Shown: positions 20,063-31,446 of the stretch, piece by piece
How positions within the stretch are numbered: position 1 is the stretch's first letter
How the letters are laid out: every line of letters begins with the position of its first letter
DNA from: Alphaproteobacteria bacterium
GTDB lineage: Bacteria > Pseudomonadota > Alphaproteobacteria > JABAAW01 > JAHZMA01
NCBI GenBank assembly: GCA_965206365.1
Contig: CBDBJL010000018.1
Span: forward strand, 73,374-137,373
Direction of reading: 5' to 3'
Length of the DNA stretch: 64,000 nt
Notes under the pieces: generated by a model
Told to the model about the DNA's origin: nothing
Database searches by the model: none
Seen by the model: the letters and a program-made list of their open reading frames with translations, nothing else
Program-made: the position numbers and the translations under genes

Positions 20063-21832
20063 ATGGTGGAAGAGAATACTCATGCTGGGCATTCAGCATC
20101 TGACACGTTTAGGTTAACGCGAATCCTTTCCCATGATGCTGTTTATAGACACGGTCGTGTTCATCTTTGGATAAATCCCCCTGAAACCTCTTATGAACAA
20201 GAGGCCAGTGTGGATGATTCATCGTGGAATGCCAGCATGTCGATCAACAGCCCCAATACTTTTGATACTGGCAGTACGTTAGATGAGGAAACTTTAAAGA
20301 AATTAACAGAAATGGAAAAAAGCAAAGATACAGCAGCAGTATCTTTGCTAAAAAATCTTAATTTCCTTTCTGATAATGACGTAGATGAAGCGCAATCCGA
20401 TGATGTCAAACAAACCAATAATGCCACAGATGACGTAGCCCTACAAGCCTCAGCCATGGCAGATCTATCGGCATGGGGCGTAGATTCGCCAGATGATATT
20501 ACGCAAAATAGCAGTATTGATAATACGGCTTTGCAGGATTCAGCTTCAGCTATGGCAGATCTATCGGCATGGGGGGAAGATATGACCAAAAATCTGACGC
20601 CTGAAATTCATATCCCTGAAACTGATATTTCTGGGGCTAATATCGCCGATAATGCTTTTGTGGCTTCTTCTAAGGTTTCAGGTGCCACACCCTCCCAATC
20701 TTTGGCGCCACCGGCTTTACCATCAAACGCTAAAAATTCTGCAACTAATGCACCAGCACCTGATATTGTTTCTATTGATAATTTGCTAAAAAATATTGGT
20801 TATATCGCTGATTCTGAGCCTGCAATTTCTGATGATAAAATGCCCAGCGATGTTGCTACGGATATTTCTGCTTTTAAGGTTTCAGTTGCCACACCGGCCC
20901 CCCAATCTTTATCATCAGAAAATGACATTAATATCCGCAATCACAATCAAGAATCTTTTGATTCGATGAATAAAAAAGATGATTTAGCGAAAATCAAACC
21001 GCAGAAAACCAATTTTTTGTCACGAGTGAAAACGCGTATTTTTAACAAAAAATACGCGAATGATATGAAGATTCAAGGATTAAAATTCCAAAAGGCACAG
21101 GTAGCTTCGCAACAAACAATCCCGATTGCAGATGATATTCAGCTATCGGATCATCATGTTCATGGCGAAATGCAAAATAGCAAAGCCCCGCAAAGCTCAA
21201 TTGCCATTACTGGGCAAGCTGAAAAATTAACAGATATCCACCCCATGGATCTTCAGGCAGATACCCAGACTTCGAAATTTGCACAAGATATTTCCAACCG
21301 AACAATCGAAGTTATTGATGATCCTATCGTAAAATCTACACAATTAGATCCGCGCTCTGCTGAATTAAAGGCAGAACATGATGCTATATTCTCTGAACTA
21401 AGAAACCTTCTCGATATTGATCCTTCACCGAGTGAATTGTCACGACCCATTGCCCCGATCACTCCTTCCGAATTTGATAAAAAATATCATACACCCCCAG
21501 CGATCTCATTAGCATCCGAGAGCAAATATAAATCAGAACGATTGCAAAATGAACCGCCACAAAATCCGAAAGTAAATCCGAAAGTAACCGCAAAAAAATT
21601 ACCTTCGGCAAAACCACTGAAAGATTCAGTTTCTAAAGATGTTGCAAATGTTCCCTTAGGGGCCTCGCCTCCTCCCCCTTCTCAGGAAATTTCTGGGAGT
21701 AGAAAATTATCCAATCCCGTGAAGCCCACCTTGTCACCTTTAGCGAGAAAAATTGATGCGAAGCTAGAGGCTAATCTCGCTGATATCACTGCTGCGCAAG
21801 ATGCAAGAGCAACGCATAATAGTGAAAAATAA
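20063..21832 (+). CDS. Acidic/Ser/Pro-rich, probably disordered hypothetical protein at the popZ position
   Basis: 589-aa ORF with low-complexity composition and internal repeats, located between tolC and valS. No clear DUF2497 domain. Confidence 0.6.
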   Translation: MVEENTHAGHSASDTFRLTRILSHDAVYRHGRVHLWINPPETSYEQEASVDDSSWNASMSINSPNTFDTGSTLDEETLKKLTEMEKSKDTAAVSLLKNLNFLSDNDVDEAQSDDVKQTNNATDDVALQASAMADLSAWGVDSPDDITQNSSIDNTALQDSASAMADLSAWGEDMTKNLTPEIHIPETDISGANIADNAFVASSKVSGATPSQSLAPPALPSNAKNSATNAPAPDIVSIDNLLKNIGYIADSEPAISDDKMPSDVATDISAFKVSVATPAPQSLSSENDINIRNHNQESFDSMNKKDDLAKIKPQKTNFLSRVKTRIFNKKYANDMKIQGLKFQKAQVASQQTIPIADDIQLSDHHVHGEMQNSKAPQSSIAITGQAEKLTDIHPMDLQADTQTSKFAQDISNRTIEVIDDPIVKSTQLDPRSAELKAEHDAIFSELRNLLDIDPSPSELSRPIAPITPSEFDKKYHTPPAISLASESKYKSERLQNEPPQNPKVNPKVTAKKLPSAKPLKDSVSKDVANVPLGASPPPPSQEISGSRKLSNPVKPTLSPLARKIDAKLEANLADITAAQDARATHNSEK

Positions 21833-21928
21833 CCAATCATTGTAAAAAGCATGAAAAAATTCAAGAAAATTGATTTTTTTCATATTGAGGCTTGTTATTC
21901 TGATCTTGCCTCTTTATTATCCGAAGCT

Positions 21929-24574
21929 ATGTTAGAAAAATATTACAATGCTGCAGATAGTGAAATTAAGCTCTATCAAGAATGGGAAGATAATCATTAT
22001 TTTTCTCCAATAAATAATGATAAACCTAGCTATACAATTGTTATTCCTCCCCCTAATATTACCGGCAATCTGCATATTGGGCATGCGCTGAATACTTGCC
22101 TGCAAGATATTTTGATCCGTTACCATCGGATGGCAGGTTATAATTGCCTTTGGCTTCCAGGTACTGATCATGCGGGGATTGCCACCCAAATTTTGGTTGA
22201 AAAACAACTAGGTGCTGAAGGGATTACGCGCCATGAATTGGGACGCGAAGCTTTTATTGCGAAAATCTGGGAATGGAAAAACCATTCTGGAGGCAATATT
22301 TTACGTCAATTCCGTCGTCTTGGGGCATCGGTGGATTGGAGTCGGGAACGTTTCACTATGGATCAAGGGCTTAGTGATGCAGTTTTGGAAGTTTTTGTTA
22401 GTTTGTATCATGATGGGCTGATCTATAAAGATACCCGTTTGGTGAATTGGGACCCCGTATTGGAAACGGCGATTTCTGATCTTGAAGTACAATCACGTGA
22501 AACTTATGGGAATTTATGGTATTTAGATTATCCATTGGAAACAGACGAAGGTTCAATCACCATTGCAACTACAAGGCCCGAAACCATGTTTGCTGATGTT
22601 GCCATTGCGGTGCATCCTGATGATGTACGCTATCAACATTTACATGGCAAACATGCAATTCTACCCTATTGCGAGCGGTTATTACCAATTATTGCCGATG
22701 AGATGGCAGATCCTCAACAAGGAAGTGGTGCTGTTAAAATTTCTCCAGCTCATGATTTTAATGATTTCACTTTTGCAAAAAAACATAATTTATCTTTGGT
22801 AAAAATTTTTGATGAAAAAGCCCATTTGGTGAGTCCAGCTCCGAATGCTTATATAGGTATGGAGCGGTTTGCCGCGCGCAAAAAATTATTAATTGCCCTG
22901 AAAACGGATAAAATCCTATCCAAAAGCGAGGAATATATCCATCAAGTTCCCTTTGGCGAACGTTCTAATCAAGCCGTAGAACCGATGTTGACCAAACAAT
23001 GGTTTGTTGATGCCAAGGCTTTGAGCCAAGCTGCGATTGATGTTGTGAAATCTGGGGAAACGCAAATTTTTCCTGAAAATTGGACTCGAACCTATTTTGA
23101 TTGGCTAGAAAATATCCAACCTTGGTGTATCTCGCGACAATTATGGTGGGGGCACCAAATCCCCGCATGGTATGGCGAGGATGATCAAGTTTTTGTTGCA
23201 AGAACCGAAGCAGAAGCTTTGGCAGAAGCAGAGAAATATTATGGTAAAAAAACGCCATTGCGCCGAGATCCCGATGTTTTGGATACTTGGTTTTCTTCGG
23301 CTTTATGGGCATTTTCGCCTTTTGGTTGGCCTGAAAAAACCGATGATTTGCAAAGATTTTTCCCAACTTCAGTACTGATTACAGGGTTTGATATTATCTT
23401 TTTTTGGGTTGCACGGATGATGATGATAACTCTATATTTCACGAAACAAATTCCATTTAAAACGGTTTATGTTCACGCGTTGGTACGCGATGCTAGCGGG
23501 CAAAAAATGTCGAAATCTAAGGGAAATGTGATTGACCCTATGGATTTAATTGCGAAATATGGGTGTGATGCGATGCGCTTTACCTTAGCAGCACTTGCCG
23601 CCCCTGGGCGTGATCTTAAACTTTCAGATGATCGGATTGAATCTAGCCGAAATTTTACAACAAAAATTTGGAATGCTGCTCGGTTTCTGCAAATACGGCA
23701 GGCTTTTTATACGGATGATTTTCATCCCACATCACTACAAGACCCAATGAATCGTTGGATGTTGCACGAAATTTCTAGCCTTGCTGATGAAACGGCGATC
23801 TTAATTACACAATATCGTTTTCATGATGCCGCCAATCAGTTATATCAGTTTGTTTGGGGAATATTTTGTGATTGGTATTTAGAATTTTCTAAAAATATTT
23901 CTCAAGAATTTCTTGCGGAAAATACCGCTTGTTTGGGCTATTGTTTCGAAAAAATTTTACATTTGCTACATCCCTTTATGCCTTTTATCACCAGCGAGCT
24001 TTACCGCCAAGGTGGGTTTTCGTCAAAAGAAAATGATGTTTTAATGTTACAATCTTGGCCAAAGCTTCATTTTTCTGATCAAGCTGCTTGCCATGAGATC
24101 AATAAATTAATGCGCCTTATTACACAAATACGGTCTATTCGCTCTCAGCTTAATTTGCCTGCCGGTAGTATTTTACCGTTAAGCCTTGCAAATTTTAATG
24201 CTGAATCTTCTGATTATCTTCATCGGCATCACCAACAAATTGAAAAATTGGCTCGAGTTACATTAACCCTGCAAACAAATAGCAGTGATTTTCCCAAAGG
24301 TGCAGTGAGAATTTTGCATGATGAAATTGAGGTCGCCTTGCTGATTGCTGATGTGATTGATATGCAGGTAGAGATAAAACGCCTTAGCGACAATATTGCG
24401 CATGTAGATCAGCAACTTGGAAGCCTGAATGTTCAATTGAAGAATCCTGAATTTTTAGCAAAGGCACCGGCAAAAGTGGTGGCTATGCGTACAGAAAATT
24501 TGAAAAACCTAAGCGATAATAAAGTTCAGCTTCAAAATGCGTTAGATATATTACAAAAAATTAACGAATATTAA
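21929..24574 (+). CDS. valS: Valine--tRNA ligase (probable start 21929)
   Basis: PPPNITGNLHIGH, PGTDHAGIATQ, WCISRQLWWGH, DVLDTWFSS and KMSKS motifs. Confidence 0.97.
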   Translation: MLEKYYNAADSEIKLYQEWEDNHYFSPINNDKPSYTIVIPPPNITGNLHIGHALNTCLQDILIRYHRMAGYNCLWLPGTDHAGIATQILVEKQLGAEGITRHELGREAFIAKIWEWKNHSGGNILRQFRRLGASVDWSRERFTMDQGLSDAVLEVFVSLYHDGLIYKDTRLVNWDPVLETAISDLEVQSRETYGNLWYLDYPLETDEGSITIATTRPETMFADVAIAVHPDDVRYQHLHGKHAILPYCERLLPIIADEMADPQQGSGAVKISPAHDFNDFTFAKKHNLSLVKIFDEKAHLVSPAPNAYIGMERFAARKKLLIALKTDKILSKSEEYIHQVPFGERSNQAVEPMLTKQWFVDAKALSQAAIDVVKSGETQIFPENWTRTYFDWLENIQPWCISRQLWWGHQIPAWYGEDDQVFVARTEAEALAEAEKYYGKKTPLRRDPDVLDTWFSSALWAFSPFGWPEKTDDLQRFFPTSVLITGFDIIFFWVARMMMITLYFTKQIPFKTVYVHALVRDASGQKMSKSKGNVIDPMDLIAKYGCDAMRFTLAALAAPGRDLKLSDDRIESSRNFTTKIWNAARFLQIRQAFYTDDFHPTSLQDPMNRWMLHEISSLADETAILITQYRFHDAANQLYQFVWGIFCDWYLEFSKNISQEFLAENTACLGYCFEKILHLLHPFMPFITSELYRQGGFSSKENDVLMLQSWPKLHFSDQAACHEINKLMRLITQIRSIRSQLNLPAGSILPLSLANFNAESSDYLHRHHQQIEKLARVTLTLQTNSSDFPKGAVRILHDEIEVALLIADVIDMQVEIKRLSDNIAHVDQQLGSLNVQLKNPEFLAKAPAKVVAMRTENLKNLSDNKVQLQNALDILQKINEY

Positions 24575-24613
24575 CCAAAGCGTTTATTTTAGAGATTTTC
24601 AAGGATCACAATC

Positions 24614-25900
24614 ATGGATGCAATCGCTTTACAATATCATATCAAACACGCGATCCAAACAAAAAATGTTCGTTCCCTGGAAAATTGCTTAAAAAAAATA
24701 ATCATTTTTAGCAAAGAAAATAACGGTGATAGTATGAACTGTTTTTATTTTATTTTGCGCCATACTTACCAGATTATGAATTCATTTTATTTGCAAAATC
24801 AGCCTCTGCAATGTAGCGAAGATTTGTTATGGTTAGAAAAAATTTTACCTAGCAACCATTTTTTTCATCCGGTATTATTAAGATTAAAGGCAGCGATTGC
24901 CTTTTATCAAGGCAATTTGGTTGATGCCATAAAATATTCTCGTTTAACGCTACGACATTATCTGATTTTCCTTCAAAAGCCTGAGCTCAAAGAACTTATT
25001 GGTGCTTCGCATTTTATGTATATGTTACGTGAAACTTGTATTGTTGAATCGTTAGATTTTACTGGAATCCCTTTTGCTTTGCAAGATTTGATTTTACCGA
25101 AAACTCTACAAAATTATGATCCCCAATATCCATTAATTACTGCGTATGGCAATAGCCCTTATTTTCAATATTATAGTGAAAGATTCCTGAAAGTTTTGGA
25201 TAATCTATCGCCTAACATTCATTGCCTTTTGGTAATTGGTGATCTTGATGCTGAAAGCCAAGCCCTTGCCGAAAAGCTACAAGCGCAATATCCTAATTTT
25301 CATTATACGGATGACCCCATTGCCAAAACATTTCAAGATCCAGAAAAATTACCAACTTTTTGCTCGTTTCGACGTTTCACCTATATGGAGCAGATACTAG
25401 ATTTTATTCCCAATTTACATTTAATCACATTAGATTTAGATTTATTTTTGCATTCTGATTTTAGCAAAATTATTGATTATACCCGCAATACACCGCTTAG
25501 TTATCATTCTGGTAATGCTGTTTTTGAACCCCTTAATGTATTTGCTGGTGGATTGATCAGCCTGTGCGATGGGAAGATTGCCCGTAATTTTACCAAGCAT
25601 GTGAATGATTATTTGCAGAAGAAAATGAATGAACCCAGAATTTTTTGGATTATGGATCAATATGCCCTATTTTATGGTTATCAATATTTATCACTAGAAG
25701 AACGTAAATTATGCAAAAATATCAGTGATATTACGAATTTTTCGTTAAGCCATCTGGGGAGTAATGTTGCTGAAAATGAAATGTTTGCTCAAGATAAAAA
25801 TATGAAAGCAGATCAGCGTTTTTCACCAGATCTTCTAAAAAACTGTAATATTCTTTTAGAACCAGAAACGCTAAAACCTAAATTTATACCCTATTCATAA
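24614..25900 (+). CDS. Hypothetical protein; C-terminal half resembles a GT-A nucleotide-diphospho-sugar transferase
   Basis: RRF followed by LITLDLDL (DxD), AGG and WIMDQYAL (DQ motif). The N-terminus looks helical. Confidence 0.5.
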   Translation: MDAIALQYHIKHAIQTKNVRSLENCLKKIIIFSKENNGDSMNCFYFILRHTYQIMNSFYLQNQPLQCSEDLLWLEKILPSNHFFHPVLLRLKAAIAFYQGNLVDAIKYSRLTLRHYLIFLQKPELKELIGASHFMYMLRETCIVESLDFTGIPFALQDLILPKTLQNYDPQYPLITAYGNSPYFQYYSERFLKVLDNLSPNIHCLLVIGDLDAESQALAEKLQAQYPNFHYTDDPIAKTFQDPEKLPTFCSFRRFTYMEQILDFIPNLHLITLDLDLFLHSDFSKIIDYTRNTPLSYHSGNAVFEPLNVFAGGLISLCDGKIARNFTKHVNDYLQKKMNEPRIFWIMDQYALFYGYQYLSLEERKLCKNISDITNFSLSHLGSNVAENEMFAQDKNMKADQRFSPDLLKNCNILLEPETLKPKFIPYS

Positions 25901-25921
25901 AGCTACATAAAATAGGGTTAC

Positions 25922-27127
25922 CTAAATTTCAAATAGAAAATAATAACCATAAGCTACCATTAAAGCTGGAGCTGCCGAATAAATTGTTGCGACGATCGCT
26001 GCTTTACGGGCAAGGGCAAGGGCAGGAAATAAAGCATCACCATCATTGCTGATCGCATTGCCAAGCAAAGCTGATAATGGAATGAAACCTTCTAAGTAAA
26101 GCGTTGCTACCAATATTTGTGGTCCACAACCCGGTAAGAACCCAATTAAAATTGCAACTAATGGCACCAGCGGAAGGAAAGTGTTAAATAAGGCTTTTAA
26201 GTCAATCCCGAGTAGATGCACACTGACTTCAAATAACAAAAACGCTAACATTACCCATAGGGTCACAAAATTTGTATCATCAATAAAGCTTTGAATGCTT
26301 AAATGGTATCTTCCTGAATCTTCTTGGGAAAATTGGATACTTTTCTCGATGGCAGCTGTGGCTTCATCTTGCCCTGAAATCATATGCATTAGCCATGATA
26401 ATACCCCACCAAACAGCCCAACAGCAAGAATAATTGGCATAATTTCAGGTGGAAAATCAAATTGAAAGGCAATAAAACCCGCTAAAATAATTCCCGGTAT
26501 CATTAACAATAACCAAATTTTGTCTAAGATGAGGGGACGGTTTTTTAAAATCTTCTTCGCATCTTTTACACAGATTCGCGCCTCAATTTCAGCTTGACTC
26601 GGCTTTCTTGGGCGCATAAAATCCTTACCATGAATTTGGTTAATGATAGTACCAGAAAACCAACCAATCGTAAAGCCAAGCAGAAAAATAACGCATCCAA
26701 TGAGAGGTTCTTTGGCAAGCAATAAAAACGCAGCGTCGCCCATAGTGGCAATTAACGTTGCGGTTAAGGCTCCAAAGCTTTGTCGTCCTTTAACATACTG
26801 AGTTGTAACAACCAAGGCACCCCCGCAACCGGGAAGTGCGCCTAAAAAAGATGCGAATGGAACTTCCCATTTTTTTCGACCTAGCAACTCAAGAGCATTA
26901 ATATTTAAAAACTTTTCCAACAAATAAATAAGATAAAGTGCAGCAAAAACAAATGCACTTACTTGCAAATAAGCATCTGAAACTGCCTGGATAATGATCG
27001 GCAAAACAGTAGTATCATAAAGAACCAAAAACCATAAAATCGTTAGGACTGTTGCAATTTGCACAAGTCGCACCTTTAGTTGCGCATAGCTATTAACAGC
27101 CATTATTTGTTGCATATTTTCAATCAT
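25922..27127 (-). CDS. Putative manganese/heavy-metal transporter (about 10 TM, duplicated PGCG motif; probable start 27127)
   Basis: LGALPGCGG...IATMGDAAF and IGFLPGCGPQ...AISNDGDALFP halves; many hydrophobic helices. Confidence 0.85.
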   Translation of the reverse strand: MIENMQQIMAVNSYAQLKVRLVQIATVLTILWFLVLYDTTVLPIIIQAVSDAYLQVSAFVFAALYLIYLLEKFLNINALELLGRKKWEVPFASFLGALPGCGGALVVTTQYVKGRQSFGALTATLIATMGDAAFLLLAKEPLIGCVIFLLGFTIGWFSGTIINQIHGKDFMRPRKPSQAEIEARICVKDAKKILKNRPLILDKIWLLLMIPGIILAGFIAFQFDFPPEIMPIILAVGLFGGVLSWLMHMISGQDEATAAIEKSIQFSQEDSGRYHLSIQSFIDDTNFVTLWVMLAFLLFEVSVHLLGIDLKALFNTFLPLVPLVAILIGFLPGCGPQILVATLYLEGFIPLSALLGNAISNDGDALFPALALARKAAIVATIYSAAPALMVAYGYYFLFEI

Positions 27128-27165
27128 GAAACTCTGAACCAATTTTTCATTAAAAAACACCCGTT

Positions 27166-27198
27166 GCGGATGATAATCATTCTTTGTAGAAGAGTCAA
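27166..27198 (-). promoter_or_regulatory. Sigma70 promoter overlapped by a Fur/Mur-box-like site
   Basis: Minus strand reads TTGACT-N17-TATCAT (27198-27170). Plus strand 27166-27184 GCGGATGATAATCATTCTT matches 14/19 positions of GATAATGATAATCATTATC. Confidence 0.65.
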
Positions 27199-27679
27199 TC
27201 TTACCTTTGCCAAAAGCCAATAAAAAGTTTATTTTTTCCTATTTTGTCATTGGTGGGTAATTATTTTCACTTTTTTAGCAGTGCTCCTATCAATTTCAGT
27301 TTGATTGAAATATTACGAATAAGCAAAATGGTATGTCAAAAAAATCAGTTGCTTTTCGGAAAAGAAAAATGCAGAATGTATGAGATATGCAACAAAAATA
27401 CAAAATTCTAACTATTCAACAGCAAAAAATCTGATATGCGAGTCTCCATAATTTAAAATGATGGTATCATTTTGGATTGCTTTCTGGGTTTACAATGTCG
27501 CTTTAATTTTTAGGTTATTAGTGTGAAGAATCAGTAAGAATTTTTGGTGATCAATTGAGGCTAAAATAGCTATTTATTGTTTATGACAAAACCGTTTAGA
27601 AAATCAGGGTTTACAACTTATAAATTTGTTAAGCATGCATGGTATTATATGCCCTTTATCAATTAAGGATAAGTTCTTT

Positions 27680-30541
27680 ATGACAAAATATCTTTCGGTT
27701 CGCGGTGTGCGTGAACATAATTTGAAGAATATTAATGTGGATTTACCTCGTGATCAACTCATTCTGATTACCGGGTTATCGGGAAGTGGCAAATCATCTT
27801 TAGCATTCGATACGATCTATGCAGAAGGGCAACGTCGTTATGTTGAAAGTCTTTCTGCCTATGCTAGGCAATTTTTGGAAATGATGCAAAAACCCGATAT
27901 TGATTCTATTGAAGGTTTATCACCAGCGATTTCGATTGAACAAAAAAGCACTTCGCGCAATCCGCGTTCTACAGTGGGTACAGTTACGGAAATTTATGAT
28001 TATCTTCGCTTATTATATGCCCGTATTGGGGTGGCATATTCGCCTGCCACTGGATTGCCTATTAAATCACAAAGTGTTTCGCAGATGGTAGATCTTATTT
28101 TGGGGCAAAAAAATGGTGATAAATTATTATTGCTGGCTCCGATTATCCGTGGGCGCAAAGGCGAATATCGTATGGAGCTAACCAGTTTTGCCAAACAAGG
28201 TTATCAGCGCGTAAAAATTGATGGTATTCTTTATGATATGGAAGAGCTGCCCAAGCTGGATAAGCACAAAAAACATGATCTTGAAATTGTTGTTGATCGT
28301 ATTATTGTTCAAGATGATATTGCCGTTCGCTTAGCAGATTCAATCGAAAATGCTTTGAAATTAAGCAATGGTCTGTTGCTGGTAGAAAATGCCGATACCG
28401 GTGAGATGCAAACTTTTTCAGCAAATTTTTCTTGCCCGGTTTCAGGCTTCACCATAGAGGAAATTGAACCGCGGATATTTTCTTTTAATAGCCCCTATGG
28501 TGCCTGTCCCTCATGTGATGGTTTAGGCGTAGCGGTTTTGTTTGATACGGATAAAATTGTTTCAGATCCAAGTCTCAGCCTTGCCAAAGGTGCCATTGTC
28601 CCATGGTCGAACCAAGGGAATAAACCCGCACCTTATTATTGGCAAACCTTAGAAGCTTTGGGAAAACATTTTAATTTTAGCATCGATACGCCTTTTGAAA
28701 AAATTTCTAAAACTCATCAAAATATTTTGTTATTTGGTTCTGAGGAAAAAATTGAATTTTTCTACCAAAATGAAGATGTAAAAACATACCGAGTTACGCG
28801 CTCTTTTGAAGGCATAGTTAATTCACTTGCGCGCAGGTTTCGCGAGACCGATTCACAAATGGTACGCGACGAGCTTAGTAAATATCAAGCTTCAGCAGAT
28901 TGCACCATTTGCCAAGGTTATCGCTTAAAATCCGAAACCCTTGCCATTAAAATTGATAATTTGCATATTGGAGAAATTACGAGCAAACCGATCCATCAAG
29001 CCTATGAATGGTTTCATAATTTAGAAGAAAAATTAAACTCCACTGAGAAAGAAATCGCCCGTCAAATTTTAAAAGAAATTCGTGAACGTCTACGATTTTT
29101 GATTGATGTTGGTTTAAGCTATCTTAATCTTTCACGCAAGGCGGGAACTCTTTCCAATGGTGAGAGCCAACGCATTCGCTTGGCATCGCAAATTGGCTCG
29201 GGGCTAACCGGTGTGCTTTATGTATTGGATGAACCTTCTATTGGTTTGCATCAACGCGATAATCATCGTTTGTTAGCCACATTGCAAACTCTGCGTGATT
29301 TAGGCAATACGGTAATTGTGGTTGAACATGATGAAGAGGCGATGCGTATCGCTGATTATATGCTAGATATTGGTCCGGGGGCGGGGATTCATGGTGGGCA
29401 TGTGGTGGCAACGGGTACGGTTGAAGATATTATCAATAATCCTGATAGCCTTACGGGGCAGTTTTTATCGGGTATGCGTGAAATTAAAATCCCGGAAGTG
29501 CGAAGAATAGGGCATGCCGGCCAGATGCTAATTTTACAAGGTGCTACCCATAATAATTTGAAAAATGTAACTTTGAAAATTCCTTTAGGCACATTAACTT
29601 GCATTACCGGGGTATCAGGCAGTGGTAAATCAAGTTTAACAATTGAAACTTTGCAACGAGCCCTTGCCAGTATTTTAATGGGCGCACGCGATAAATCAGG
29701 ACCTTATGAAAAAATTAGTGGCACAGCATTTTTAGATAAGATTATTGTTATCGATCAATCCCCGATTGGACGCACGCCCCGATCAAACCCAGCCACCTAT
29801 ACCGGTGTATTTACCCATATTCGTGATTGGTTTGCCAATCTTCCTGAAGCCAAAATGCGGGGCTATAAGGCCAGTCGGTTCTCGTTTAATGTGAAGGGGG
29901 GGCGTTGTGAGACCTGTCAGGGGGATGGGTTGTTGAAAATTGAAATGCATTTTCTGCCGGATATTTATATTCAATGCGATAGTTGTAAAGGGCAACGTTA
30001 TAATCGTGAAACTTTGGGCGTTAAATATCGTGGGAAATCGATTTCCGATGTTTTAAATATGACTCTTACTGAGGCAGTGGATTTTTTTCGGGCAATTCCG
30101 AATATTCACACCAAACTGCAAACTCTTACCGAAGTAGGTTTAGATTATATTGCGCTTGGACAACAGGCGACAACCCTATCAGGCGGTGAAGCCCAACGCA
30201 TTAAGCTGGCGAAAGAATTGTCGCGTCGCGCTACCGGGCGCACTTTATATGTGTTGGATGAACCAACAACGGGTTTGCATTTCGCAGATATTGTAAAATT
30301 ACTCGATGTGCTTAATGTGTTAGTGGCTCAAGGTAATACTGTGATTATTATTGAGCATAATTTAGATGTGATTAAAACCGCCGATTGGGTGGTAGATGTT
30401 GGGCCCGAGGGGGGGGATGCAGGTGGTGAAATTGTTGGGCAAGGCACTCCCGAGGCTATTGCCGAGATTGAAGCGAGTCATACAGGCTATTACTTAAAGA
30501 GAATTTTTGCTAAAGCCGCAATGAAAGCCAAAACAACATAA
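27680..30541 (+). CDS. uvrA: Excinuclease ABC subunit A (probable start 27680)
   Basis: [33 protein letters not shown], two ABC cassettes and zinc fingers. Confidence 0.98.
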   Translation: MTKYLSVRGVREHNLKNINVDLPRDQLILITGLSGSGKSSLAFDTIYAEGQRRYVESLSAYARQFLEMMQKPDIDSIEGLSPAISIEQKSTSRNPRSTVGTVTEIYDYLRLLYARIGVAYSPATGLPIKSQSVSQMVDLILGQKNGDKLLLLAPIIRGRKGEYRMELTSFAKQGYQRVKIDGILYDMEELPKLDKHKKHDLEIVVDRIIVQDDIAVRLADSIENALKLSNGLLLVENADTGEMQTFSANFSCPVSGFTIEEIEPRIFSFNSPYGACPSCDGLGVAVLFDTDKIVSDPSLSLAKGAIVPWSNQGNKPAPYYWQTLEALGKHFNFSIDTPFEKISKTHQNILLFGSEEKIEFFYQNEDVKTYRVTRSFEGIVNSLARRFRETDSQMVRDELSKYQASADCTICQGYRLKSETLAIKIDNLHIGEITSKPIHQAYEWFHNLEEKLNSTEKEIARQILKEIRERLRFLIDVGLSYLNLSRKAGTLSNGESQRIRLASQIGSGLTGVLYVLDEPSIGLHQRDNHRLLATLQTLRDLGNTVIVVEHDEEAMRIADYMLDIGPGAGIHGGHVVATGTVEDIINNPDSLTGQFLSGMREIKIPEVRRIGHAGQMLILQGATHNNLKNVTLKIPLGTLTCITGVSGSGKSSLTIETLQRALASILMGARDKSGPYEKISGTAFLDKIIVIDQSPIGRTPRSNPATYTGVFTHIRDWFANLPEAKMRGYKASRFSFNVKGGRCETCQGDGLLKIEMHFLPDIYIQCDSCKGQRYNRETLGVKYRGKSISDVLNMTLTEAVDFFRAIPNIHTKLQTLTEVGLDYIALGQQATTLSGGEAQRIKLAKELSRRATGRTLYVLDEPTTGLHFADIVKLLDVLNVLVAQGNTVIIIEHNLDVIKTADWVVDVGPEGGDAGGEIVGQGTPEAIAEIEASHTGYYLKRIFAKAAMKAKTT

Positions 30542-31225
30542 GGGTTCACTCTTCACCCTCTGGTAATTCTTTAGAGAATACTCTGCGAATTTTTTTGACG
30601 CAATTTGAAAATAACAAAAATCGTAACCGTTTATCACGGGTTAAATAAGCAAGGATAACGATAAAAGGAAATAACAAATATCACTTGTAAATAAACTCGC
30701 ACTTATTATGAATAAAAGATATCACAAACTGCGACGACGCCATAGAGCGAAGATGCTCTTTATGGATGAAATGATATTTCATCGCACGATCTGCATATTT
30801 TGGATTTACCTTCTTTCACTCTCGGATATTTCTGAAAATACAAAAATGATTTATTTTACGGTACATTAATTGAAAGATTGGTTTTTTTGTTCTATTACAA
30901 TGGATTGTTACGATGAAACCCTTATTTTCCCACTTCCTTTTCTTGTTTCCGTAAACATTTTTGCAAGAAGAAGACCGCTAACTTTCTCAAGAGCTTTTGA
31001 AGAAAAATATCATCTAATTTGCAGAGTCACTTTTTGAAAAATCTCTGTGATTTTACTAGGCTTTTTTAACAAGCCAATGTTCTTTATGATTTCAATGAAT
31101 TTACCATGATCAAGCCACCCGAGCAAACGCTAACCTAATGACTGCGACATAATACCAGATCCGCAGGAATTATTCAAAAAATAGAGATTCAGGGAAATTT
31201 TTAACATTCTGCTTATCATAAGATT

Positions 31226-31387
31226 CTAGATGCGAATTTTTTCAATTGCTATTCTAGGATTCAATTTTTCTACCATAACTCTCAAATTTTCTGCTTTAAT
31301 CTCATGAAATTTCGCATGGCGTATTTTTTCTAATTTTTGATCAGAATGCAAATCTTTTCTTAACGTTTCAATTTTGTCATAAAGCAT
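31226..31387 (-). pseudogene. Short ORF, probably the 5' remnant of a degraded gene extending towards about 30.6 kb
   Basis: It starts with the same leader, RBS and ATGCTT as the ankyrin gene. The sequence downstream has only short broken frames. Confidence 0.35.
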
Positions 31388-31417
31388 GTTCCTTTCTAAA
31401 AAAAATGCTAGCTTTGT
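31382..31417. repeat. Copy of the 35-bp hairpin-arm/T-tract/RBS/ATG junction found at 33706-33740
   Basis: aagcatg(tt)cctttctaaaaaaaatgctagctttgt versus aagcatg(gc)cctttctaaaaaaatgctagctttgt. Confidence 0.85.
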
Positions 31418-31446
31418 ATAAGAGAAAATTCGTATCATCAGGAACT

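Noticed and set aside
27220-27680. LexA box or divergent ssb upstream of uvrA
   Set aside because: No GTTC-N7-GTTC or GAAC-N7-GAAC was found, and there is no ssb ORF.
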